DNA from: Selaginella moellendorffii
Lineage: Eukaryota > Plantae > Lycopodiophyta
DNA: 64,000 nt
Assembly (NCBI RefSeq): GCF_000143415.4
Contig: NW_003314272.1
Location: 1,212,184 to 1,276,183, forward strand
Reading direction: 5' to 3'
Below the pieces are notes generated by a model. That model was not told where the DNA came from. It made no database searches and was given only the letters and a program-made list of their open reading frames with translations. The position numbers were made by a program, and so were the translations under genes. Shown piece by piece: positions 11,609 through 24,283 of the stretch. Each line of letters begins with the position of its first letter. Within the stretch, counting starts at the first letter, position 1.

Positions 11609-12485
11609 TTAGAACTGGCCACCACTGTAGGCTCTACCAAATTGCCAGTTCGCCGGCGCGACGTTGAGCGAGGTGACCTTGCGGCCATCGCTGCCGGTGA
11701 CCCTAAACGAGAGGCTCTGACCGCCAAGGTTGCCCCCGATCATCCAGTTCTGGCCCCAATTCCTTGCCATGGGCATCCAATTGGTGTTTGAGCCTTTGAT
11801 TTCCACGCCCACGACATCGCCGCTGCCGCCTACATTCTCGATCAGCACCAGATTGAAGAAGGTGTGCCCATTGATCGTGTAGTGGATGGCACCTTGCCTT
11901 TGGCACGGCACTCTAGATCATCACAGCACATCACAGGCGATTTTAGGAGGGGCTCTTGCGGTGGATCGATTATCTGTCTCGCTTACCTGCGGTACTGGAG
12001 GAGGACGTGACCATAGGGAATGCTGGCGATCTGGGAGAAGGCCGGCTGCGAGAGATCAAAGTGCTGCTTGGGCGGATCGCACCAGCCGCCATTGCTCCCC
12101 GGAGGACAGAGATTGGTAGCGGTGACGACGGTGGAAGGATTTCTCGGGAGGCATCCCGTGCCCGCGCAGCGAATCTCATAGCAAGCGCCGCAAATGTCGC
12201 CGTTTTCGAAGAGCGGGGTGCTGAGGGCAGTGGTGATGTAGCCATAGCCGGCGCTCAGCTGGTTTCCATAGCCGCAAGCTCCATCTGGAGAGGAATGAAA
12301 CCGGGGGCGTGGTAAGAACAGGGGAATTGAATTCTCTGTTTCTTTTATCGCTTACTGTTAGTTCCCGAGGCATCGCTTCCTCCATAGTACGTCGCGTGAG
12401 CATCTAGCCATCCGCCATCGCCGCGAGCTCCTGGCATTGCCGCGATGAGAGCTAGCAAAATCCAAGCAGTGGCAAGCGCCGCCAT
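11609..12485 (-). CDS. EXPA: Alpha-expansin (243 aa; exons 12485-12356, 12284-11987, 11912-11609)
   Basis: Signal peptide, [40 protein letters not shown]; canonical GT-AG introns keep the frame. Confidence 0.95.
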
Positions 12486-14118
12486 GGATTCAAATGTGTT
12501 TAAAACAGAGCTTCCAAAGCTAGAAGATTGATCGATCGAGAGTGGAAGATCTGGTCAAGGCCTAGAGATTGGAGAAGATCCAACTGACGGATCAGAAGAA
12601 AAGAGAAAGAAAAGGAATGGAATGAGTTGTGGGTGAGAGTTGGCTGCTTTTATAGGCCCGGGAAAGATAGTGAAAACAAATCAAAATGCCCAGTGAGGGG
12701 ATCTATTGTAGCTCATGTGGGACTACTGTATGAAATGAAAAAGAGAGAAAAAAAAGTTGGTGCACCAACATGCAAGTGACTTATCCATTTTTTTTTCTTT
12801 TTTTTCTTTTCAACGAGCCTCCCCATGTGCAATAAGAGATCACAAAATGGCCTTATCATATCAACGAACAACCGAACAAGATGCCTAGGATCCCTCTTTT
12901 GGATTCCTTAAGATTTACACTCTATATCATATCAGAAGTTGGTACAGTTGATATATATTTGTATGCTACAAAGAAGGGTTTCTCCCACAGCCATGATTAT
13001 AACAACGGTAGCTCTGCCACCATTTTACTTGGGTGTCAGGACATGTAAAAGAGTGAGGAATTGCACATGTTTTGGCTCTGCAGCGGCGCAGCGGTTGCAT
13101 TTCGGTAGGGAGACCGTTTCGCAGCGCATTGAATCTGTCTAGCCGAGCACAAAGTGACAGAAAAGAGAGTTCTGGGGCCCCATTCTGAGACCGGGAAACT
13201 GGGTCAGTCACAGAGTTTCCAATTGGAGAGTTAACTTTTTTTAGTTCTCAATCAATTTCTGACACAAAGTCTAGAGAGCGATCGAAGAGAGAAGCTTTGA
13301 ATCTTGGATAGGACTGGGCATTTCGTCGGTGGCCATGACATTTGCTGTCTGACGTTTGATGAATCTTTTCATGCAACATGGTCTCCAACCCGAAAGCTTG
13401 TGGGGAATTGGAAGACACCCTTTGGAATCCGAGGGCTTTGAAGTTTGTGTGGCCGGTTTGGTGTGCAGTGGGGTGGTTTGTTGATTCTGTTTTCATGGGT
13501 ACCAGACGTGTCTGTAGCGCATTTGACAAACTTGCAAAACAGCAAACAGAAGGTGAGTGCGACGCACAATCACGCAGCCTGTGGGAAAAAGAGAGAGAGA
13601 GAGAGAGAGAAAAGAAGAACCAGAAAGCGATCACATGTGCTATCACATGGATGAGGTATTACCAATTCTTTATGCAAATTTCATGAAATCCCCGGAATCG
13701 AATCGTTTGGGGGCGAGAGTTAACGAGGCGAAGAATCATGTGGTGAGTTTGGTCAATCCCATGTGTTCGCTGCACTAACTGGTGGTGTTGTTTCAACAGC
13801 CCAGCAGCAGCTGCACACTGCTGCACGCCGCACTGCATTGCACTGCACACAACTGTGTAGTGTTGTTGTCACAAACCACGAACTTTTTCTTTTTCTTTTT
13901 TTTTCTGATCACCCATGTTCAATGAATATATAGCAACAACCAGACTGCCTTTAAGTGCCTCTTTGACTATATAAGCAAAGCACCTCCAAGCCACCCCAAC
14001 ACCATCAATTCATTCATTGGTTTCCTCCTTTTAACTCTCCTCTTGGGCAGCTCCGGTCACATTCTCTTCTCCCAAGTTTTTTCGTTGATTCTTTTCGCAT
14101 ACACATTTTTCCAAAGGC

Positions 14119-15063
14119 ATGGCGAACAAGTGGGCTGCAATGATGAAAGTCTGTGCGGTGTTTGCCGCTGCCGCGCTCATGCTCCTGCGGCGAGTGCATG
14201 GAGATGGAGGCTGGCTGGACGGAGCGCACGCAACTTACTACGGAGGGAGCGATGCGTCCGGGACAAACAGTGAGATCCCTTGAAAACCTCCCCTGTTCTA
14301 TTCTCTTCTGGTTTCTCATTCGCATTCTCTTTCCTCTCCTTGCCAGATGGAGCTTGCGGCTATGGAAACCAGCTGAGCGCCGGCTACGGCTACATCACCA
14401 CCGCCCTGAGCACTCCGCTCTTCGAAAACGGCGACATCTGCGGAGCGTGCTTCGAGATCCGGTGCGCCGGTGGCGCGGGATGCCTGCCGGGCAATCCCTC
14501 CACCGTCGTCACCGCCACGAATCTCTGCCCCCCAGGGAGCAACGGTGGCTGGTGCGACCCGCCCAAGCCCCACTTCGACCTCTCGCAGCCCGCATTCAGC
14601 AGGATCGCGAGCATCCCGAATGGCCACGTTCAGCTCCAATACAGGAGGTAAGAGAGAGCGCTCACTCACTGCTTAACTCACTCACTCTCACTCAGCTGAC
14701 TAAATGACTTGAGTCGTTGACTAGTTCACCTTTTGACTTGACGATGACTATCAATGCAGAGTTGCGTGCGATAGGCAAGGGGGGATTCGCTTCACGGTCA
14801 ACGGCCACACCTTCTTCAACCTTGTCCTGGTGGAGAACGTTGGCGGTAGCGGCGACGTGGTGGCAGTGGAGGTGAAGGGCTCCGCCACCGGGTGGCGGCA
14901 AATGCAGAGGAACTGGGGCCAGAACTGGCAAGACATGGGCGACCTTAACGGCCAGGCGCTCTCCTTTCGGGTCACCGGGAGCGATGGGAAGGTGGTCACG
15001 TCCATGAATGTGGCTCCCGCGGACTGGCAGTTTGGGAGAACTTACAGCGGCGGCCAGTTCTGA
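14119..15063 (+). CDS. EXPA: Alpha-expansin (251 aa; exons 14119-14269, 14347-14647, 14760-15063), divergent from the previous expansin
   Basis: Same expansin motifs (HATYYGG, GACGYG, HFDLS, NWGQNW); GT-AG introns in the same positions. Confidence 0.95.
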
Positions 15064-15289
15064 TCAGCGAGAGATCCACGAACACAAATTCCATAGCTCT
15101 AGGGAGATTGGAGAAAGCGTGATTTTTGAAGAGGAGGTGACGATACTGGCACCCACTTCGCAGCGAAACCCGATTCTATACACATCCATTTGTATCAAAC
15201 AAAGCGATCAATGACACGTCGATTTATTTTATCAGCGCTCTTCCAATTCCAAGGTTTTGGAAGACAAACCTTCCACCCTTGTTGATATC

Positions 15290-16466
15290 CTAGAAGGACG
15301 CAACGTCTCCCACTTCGGTGGTGATCCTGGAGTTCACGACCGAGCACTTCTTCCTTATCTCCCCGTTGGCTCTCGTCTTCCACTCGATGTTTCCCATGTT
15401 GATCATCGACTGCGCGAACATGGAGCGGAACGTTGGCGGGTTCTGAGCGAGCGAGTTGATGAGATTGGCAGCGTCCGGGTCGGTTCGGAGCACCGCGTCC
15501 GACGAAAGCAGCCCCCTGTTGGCCTCGAGGTTCCTGTAGTAAGCATTGTCGAAGCTAAACTCCGAGTTCCTGTCCAGCGCCACCGTCGGGCTCGGGTTTG
15601 CTCCCTGCGGGCAAATCCGCCGGAGCTCCTCACGGTACGTAGCGTCCAGGCTTGGGTCGGGACGTCCGGTGTTGTTAAAGTTGTAAACACGAGTCTCGAC
15701 GAATCTACACTTCGCGCGACCAATGGTGTGTCCGCCTGTTATTGCAATGTTAGTGGAGAGTTCTAGCTTCAAGAGAAGCTTCTTACCGGAGAGCAGCACG
15801 AGGTCATGAACTGACAAGCCTTTGCCCCTGAAGATGTCTCTCAGCCGACTGAACGAGGAAGCGGGACCCGGTAAGCTGTTGGCTTCTGTTCTGCTAGAGA
15901 TTCGTCCGTCAAGGCGACCCGTTGGCACCGTGTAGAACATCCCTCCAAACTACATCAATCAGACTCGGCGATGAGCAACAAAGTCAAAAAGGGAAAATCA
16001 TACGTAAGTCGTCGCGTCCCTGGCAGCAAAAGCGAGCACATCCGCACAGCTCACAACTCCCGGGCACACAGCCTCCAGGCGAGTTTTTGCGGCCTCGATA
16101 ATATCGAAACCACGAGCAGAGTTGTTGTTCCCGAGCGCGAACATCTCGACATCTCTGCCATCAGTAGGAGTGGATTCCAAAAGTATCGATCCATCGCACC
16201 CCTGGACAAATGAGTCACATTCGTTACAACTCACATACATAAAGCTTAGACGATGAACTTACCTGGACAAAGCAGTCATGGAAGAACAAGCGGATAATCC
16301 CGGCTGGTGCTGTTGGATCCCAGTCAGCTGCACTCTTGACAGTGGCCGCGACTATCTGTTCAGCGCTCGGACAAGATCGAGCATAGCTGTGAAGAGAATC
16401 GGGAGCAGACGCAGAACAAGCTGCTGCTACGAGGAGTGCAAGGCAGAGAAGTTGCATTGAAGCCAT
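15290..16466 (-). CDS. Class III secretory peroxidase, 4 exons
   Basis: Signal peptide, [19 protein letters not shown] (distal His), [22 protein letters not shown] (proximal His), FDNAYY, GEIRKKC; short C-terminal extension. Confidence 0.95.
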
Positions 16467-17087
16467 AGAGCTAATGCAAAGCCAAGCTTCTGAGGATATA
16501 TATATACATACGCCACACACCATGCACACGCAGGCGCCCACCCGAGACTCCGGGGGCTGCTCAAGGAAGTCTGGTTGCTCTGCGTGGTCGTGGAGACACA
16601 TACACCATCGGCCGCCAGCTGTGGACCGAATAGAAAATGAGTGTGCTGTCCTTGGTACATGAACTTGTAAGACGAGCTTGGCTTTTGCGTTGCTTTCTCG
16701 ATTGACGAATATTAGTGTGTCTAATGACCTGTCCTTACTCTCAGCTGGGCCGATGGAAAGCTTTTTAGACCAGCTATCTCTCTACAATAAAAGGTGTATA
16801 CATACTTTGTTCGCGTGCATGTCCACGTCAAAGTGCAACGGGGACAGGGGTGGTGGTGTGGACATGGGAATTTCGGCGTTACCTTGTTGTCTTTGCTCGC
16901 CCACTTATCCATCGCTCCAAGTTCCGTGTCGAGACCTTGTTGTTGGCTTGAATGAACGTACGATACGCTTTAGCGTATCGTGTGGGCCGCATTCTTGCTC
17001 TTGTAGCCGCAGTCGAGAACTGCGAGGCGTCATCTTGTTGACGGCTTGTGCGGTCATCCTTTTGCCTTCGTCAACTTCGTTCCCCCA

Positions 17088-17330
17088 TGAATCTCTGTCC
17101 CCCGGGACGGCGGCTGGTGCGAGCCCACCAGCAGGATCGCGATCATCCCAAACGCCACGCATCCACACAATTTAATCAATAATGTCGTTGGGTGAAGGGC
17201 CACACCTGCTTCAACCTTGGCGGCAGCGGCGACCTGGTGGCGGTCGAGGTGAGGTGGCCATTGGTCATGTCCTTGAACGTTGCGGACTGGCAGTTTGGGA
17301 GAACTTACAGCGGTGGCCAGACCACGCTCT
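17088..17330 (+). pseudogene. Heavily deleted copy of the 14119-15063 expansin
   Basis: Ordered fragments gaatctctgtccccc, ggctggtgcga, cagcaggatcgcga, ggccacacctgcttcaaccttggcggcagcggcgac, gcggactggcagtttgggagaacttacagcgg match exons 2-3. Confidence 0.85.
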
Positions 17331-17481
17331 AGAGAGTGATTTTTGAAGAGGATCGAACCCCGATTCTATCCGTATGAAATATTTTCACAGTTTACAAAGT
17401 GATTCAGTGACACATTGATTTATTTTTCCAGCGCTCTTCCAATTTGCCAAGACAAACCGTCCACCCTTGTTGATTGATATC

Positions 17482-18676
<1,195 letters not shown>

Positions 18677-19362
18677 AAGAGCGGAACTGCGAATGATGAA
18701 AAACCAAGCTTTATGAGGACATATATACGCCACGCACCAGACACATGCCAGCGGCCACCCAAGACTTTAAGTCCAGTTTGACAACTATGGGGGCTGCTTG
18801 AGGAACTCTGCTTGGTTTGCGTGGTCATGGTGGACGTGGGAGCCACACAAACAGTCGGCTGCCAACAGTGGACCGAATAGAAAATGAATTTGCTGCAGCC
18901 TTTTTTGATAATTGTGAACTGGTAAGACGAGCTTCGGCTTTCATTTGCGTTTGTTCTTGGACTGATTTGCCTGATGACTTGTCTTTCTTAGCCTCGTAGA
19001 GCCATGTAATCTTCACACCGACACGCCAAGTCTGTACAGCCAAAGATTTATCTTTTAGGATATGCATATGGTACTGTACGATACCGCGAAGATGTTGAGG
19101 AAAGTTCAGCTAGTGAGGTGTAGTCACTCTAGGCAAAAGAACGCTTTTAAAGCGAGCTGGGCCGGTAGCAGCTTTTTAAACTAGCTGCCTCGTCACTGGA
19201 TGGTGTTCTTGTCAATCACTTCGGCTAAGATGCTTACTTACTTTCGCTTTGTTCACGTGCCTGTCCTCGTCAATGAAGGGCAACTGAGTGCTGAGCTTGT
19301 GGTCGAAAGTATTGCCCCGTGCTATTCATGCGGCCGATATAATAGCTCGAAGAGAATCAAAA

Positions 19363-22300
19363 TCATTCAAGGGATGAATTCGACCAGTACTCTGCTACTA
19401 ATCGGCAAAACAGGGAGGATTTGTTCCCCAACAGTTTTGCAGGTCTGTCGAACTCCATCAGTAATCCTGAAAAGATTCACTCAGAGGTGTAAGTATTATC
19501 GCCCCGATGGGTTCTGCGTACCATCTTCAAGCGCCAGAACCATGTCGCTACTAACCACAGTTGGGATTCTGTGAGCGACTGTGATCGTTGTGCATTTGCC
19601 AAACTCGTCTCCGAGCACTTTTTGGAGAACTGCGTCGGTGGTATTGTCGATGGACGCCGTTGCCTCGTCAAGCACCAGGATCTGGCTGCGCTTTAAAAGC
19701 GTACGAGCCAAGCAAAACAATTGTCTCTCTCCCACGCTCCAGTTCTCGCCGTCGTCTCCAACTATGAAAATGTAGCTGTCACTCTCGGCTTCAAACTAAA
19801 GAGAGCCTTACCAAAGGACTCCAGCTTGAGATTTTTTTCTCTCACACTTTCTCCAAGTTGGCATTTATCCAAGGCCTGCAACATACAACAACAGTCGTAA
19901 AGAAAACGATGAAATAAAATCGATCGACCTCCCAAATCTTTTGATCAGTGTACTTAGAAAACGGATCCAGGTTGAAGCGGACGGTGCCACGAAACAATGT
20001 TGGTTCTTGAGGGATTATACTCACCCTAGATCTCAAGGCTGTAACGCCAATGGTCATAATATCAACTCCATCTATAAGTATTCGTCCACCGGCTGGATCA
20101 ATAATGCGAAAGAGCGCACTAATGAGAGTAGTCTTTCCGCTGCCAGTCCGTCCTACGACTCCGACTTTCTGACCACTTTCAAAAGTACACGTGATGCCAC
20201 GAAGCACGAGAGGTGCGTCTGCACTGTATCTAATCTGGAAAACAGGTATGGTGGAAAAAGAACTATAATGAAAGTGCAATACCTGGAGGTTGTGAAGTTC
20301 TACTTTCCCCTCACTGGGCCAAGACGGCCAGAGTCCAGTTTTAGAGGAAGTTTCAACAGGTAAAGATAAGTACTGCTTAATTCGTTCGACCGAAATAATC
20401 ATGTTAGCCAGGTTGCACTGGTTTTGCACGCTCGCAACCTGAGAATTGTTTAAAGACAGACCGTAAGAAAGTACAAGCCCAACAAATCCTGGGAGTAAAG
20501 AAAAGAGATCAGTCAATTCACGAACACGAACGATCGTACCGCTCACCAGGAGAAATTGTACCAGGGGGCAAAATAACCATAATCAACGCGGAGGAGCAAA
20601 GAACAGCAGACCACAGCGACTCCAGCCTTTGAATAAGCCACTCTCTTGCAGCAAAATTGTGGAAGAAAGGACTCGTATTAGTGTCAATCATATCCAGAAT
20701 CTTCCTCGTGAAATCCTCCTGCTTGCGGAAAGCTCTTATTGTAGTAGCACCTGACATAGCTTCTCCGAAGTAGTTCAAAATCGGTGCCTTTGTAGTTCCG
20801 TTGATTCTCATCAGCTCACGAGCAGATGCCAAGTTATAAACCTGGCCTTGACACAAGATTTAAACAGTCAGTTCTCAGAAACCAAATGCTCTGTTACCAC
20901 CTGTAAGAGTCTGTTGATGTACATCATGGGGACAACGATCACCAGAATCTGCCATGTTACAGAAGATGTCATTCCCAAGTTAGCTAAAGCACTCAGGAAG
21001 GCCGAGATTGAAAACCCAAAGGAAAACGGAATATCGAGGTCCAAGATGCTCAAGTCCACTGAGAGCTGGCAAGTCGAAGTTAGTTTAAGTAGTGAACAGG
21101 AAGAAACCATTACCCGACTTAGTATTCGGCCGCTTGGTGTGGAATCGAAAAAAGACATTGGTGCTGAGAATAAAGAATCCATTGTGCTGTTGAAGAACGA
21201 CCTCGACGCTGCCAGTCCCATAATAACAATGAGAACCGATCGAATGAAGAGGAAAGCTCCCGTTGTCAACCCAATTGCAGAATACACACCTATGAGTTTT
21301 CCTGTATTTGTCTCTGAACTTTCAACCTCAGAAGCCATCCACCAGTTAGAAGCCATCTGACCCGAGAGAAAGACAATGTATGAAAGTGTGGATAGCCCGT
21401 AGTAAAAGAATCCGTTGGCTTGCTTCATGTAGTCCAAGTAGGCAGCATTACCAAATTCTTTCTTCTCGTCCTTGGTTAGCTGATTAAACTTCGAAGCTTC
21501 AGGTGTGCAATCTTCACCTTTCCGATGCTGAAGACCCGTCTTCTTCGATACGGTTGTCGTGCCTCTCGCGTCCAAAGTGGACATTACATCCTTGTGTGCC
21601 ATCACGAGATCCCGAAACACGGCGCCTCGCGCAAGAAGGTCATCATAATTTCCAGACTCCAAAACTTCTCCATTCTGCATCACCTGCATGAGCCATCAAG
21701 CGATGATAATCGCGGAAAGCACAAGTACAACACTCACCAAGATGGCATCAAACTTTTGAAGAAACTCGACTTGGTGCGTCACAAGGATGACAGTCTTCTG
21801 AGACAGAACTCCAAGAATACAGTTCTGCAGGGCATCACAAGTAAGAATTGAAAAGCTGTACAAGGTCAAGTACCTTGAAAAGCGAAGATCCGGTTTGTGC
21901 ATCCACGGCACTAAACGGAGGTAAACAGACGCGTCTTGATAAACTGCACGAGCAAGTTGAATGCGTTGCTTCTGCCCGCCGCTCAAGTTAAGTCCCCTCT
22001 CTCCGATCTCAGTCAAGTCACCGAAAGGAAAGCTTTCTATGTCCTTGTCCAATTCGCAAGCTTTCAGAGCCATAGCATAGCGATTATTGTCCATATCCAT
22101 GCCAAATAAAACGTTGTCCCTGACTGTTCCAGATTGTACCCATGCTACCTGAGCCACGTACGCTATACTACCAGAGACTTTAACCTGCAAGTGAAAGGAG
22201 AAACATCCAAAGGCATTAGTATAAGTATTTTTTTCTTCTAATTATTGTACCTTTCCGTGTAGAAGGGGAACTTCTCCTAGGATAGAGAGAAGTAATGTCG

Positions 22301-24050
22301 ACTTCCCAGAGCCAACCTCACCGCACACTGCCACCCGTGATCCGTTGTGGACGGTCAGGTTTATATCTTTCAGCGTAGATGCCTCAGCTTTAGCCTTGCC
22401 TTCGTCCGGGTCCCAGCTAAGGCTGGCGTTGTGCATATGAATGTCGACGCCATCGCCACTAACGTCTCTTTCGATAGCTTTAGGATCAAGCTCTTCGTCT
22501 TGTAAGAAAGTTGAAACCCTTCCGAGGGAAACTCGTACTTGAACGATTGCGGAAATCACTTCCGGGACCAGCCTGATCGGCTCCTGGATTATCCTGAAGG
22601 TGGCCAGTGTCGTAAACACGTTGCTCGCATCCAGCGGGTACCCCGTAAGCCAGCAAACGATGAAAGTGCTCGTCGAAACCAGGACCGGCAGCAGCCAGAA
22701 GATGAAGGCGTTGTAAGTTTTGCGGTACTGGACTTTGGACAGCCACACCAGCTCTTCGCCCCTCAGCTCCTTGATTCGGGCTTTAAACATCTCTTCCCAA
22801 GCTTGCAGCTTCACAGTCTTCATGTTTCGCAAAATGGCGGAAGTAGCTCTCATTCTCTTGTCCTGAGCACTCATGAGGCCGTTCTGGAACTTCCGCTGGA
22901 GCCTGGCCATGGGCCTGTTGGCCAGCATGGAGAGTCCTATGACCGTGAGACCTGCGAACGCTGGCGCCGTTCCAACCGAATGCACGAGAATTGCCCCTGC
23001 CATCGCGATCTGAAGCGGAGTAGTCCACACAACATGGACCCAGTAGCCGAATTCTCCTATCCTGTAAGCGTCCACAGCCATGTAGCTTATCACCTCGCCT
23101 GTCGCGTGAGTTCTCCGAGCGAGGCCCGAGAGCTTGAGCTGCTTGCTGTATAAAACTCCCATAACCGCGGATCGCATTCGCATTCCCAGCCTCTTGCTTC
23201 CGAAAAGCCACTGCCTCTGGGAGACCGACTCCACCGCCTTTCCCAGGAACAAAACCAGCACCAGAAAATACCCCTGTGAGACGTTGCCACCCTTTGCTGT
23301 GCTCGCCACGAAAGTTTTGAGGACGAGAGGACCAGCCGTCACAGTGACACATTTTCCCAATGCGTAGACGCCATTCTGGAGAAAGTTTTTCCAGTAGCAC
23401 CGTCCGAGGGTCCAAAACAAAGATGGCTGGCTGCTGCTGCTGTTGCTGCTACTCCAGAGCTCCACAAAAGCCTTGTAATTTGTGTCTGCTCGATCCTCTG
23501 GAGCCACTCGAGGCATGTCCTGCTCTTCCAAAGTCTTTCTACTTCCCAGAGCTAGCAAAGGATTGAGCCACAGGAAATAGAGACGGCTGATCCATCCAGC
23601 TCCACTGATGAGGCAAACATTCTTGCTTCGAGCTTCGTCGTGTAGAAGAAGAGGCTCCTGGAGCCTAGCGCGTGCCTCTTCTTCGCTCTTCTTCTCTTTG
23701 ATCGCCAAGAAAAGCAAGCTGATTGGAAATGCCGCAATATCCAGCACGAGCTTCCAGAATGCCGGCCCTGTTTCCTGCTGTGATCGATCACTAATCCTCA
23801 CCACGGCCACGGCCGCCAAGCCCGTGGCAATCGCCGCGGCGCAAACCCTGACGTATTTCCCCGGAATCCGCCTCAGAGCGGCCGATGCAGCAAGAACCAG
23901 CCATGCCGATCCCTGCATTGTCGCGGGAATCCATCGCAGCGCCGGCCAGAGACGATTCTCCGCCAGAACGATCGCGAGATAGAGAAATCCCGCGGTGGCT
24001 GCCAACGTACCAGTGCAGATTCGAAGAAGCGCTTCCATCACCGCCGACAT
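19363..24050 (-). CDS. ABCC/MRP-type ABC transporter, multi-exon; frameshifting deletion in NBD1 Walker B (possible pseudogene allele)
   Basis: TMD1, NBD1 ([26 protein letters not shown]), TMD2 ([13 protein letters not shown]), NBD2 ([47 protein letters not shown]), end [13 protein letters not shown]. The LDD of LLDDPFSAVD is missing at ~21919. Confidence 0.9.
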
Positions 24051-24283
24051 TGCTCGCGCTTGCTGGAGAACCGCCAGCTCCCGGAAAACTCCAAGCACGC
24101 ACTGACAAAGGAAGAAGATCCCAAAATCATCATAAACCCTAAATTACGGACAAGGTGGAGGAGGGATATGCTTAGTACTGAAGAATCTATTGGTCTTCTT
24201 TCTTTAAACTTTACGATGATCAAACAAGCTAAAGGAGCTTCTTGTTTAGAGGTTAATCAGTATCTTATACAGAGTAAATGCTG

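Noticed and set aside
15257-15766. Long antisense ORFs over the peroxidase, expansin, PPR, LRR and JmjC genes
   Set aside because: Expected shadow ORFs of GC-rich coding sequence.
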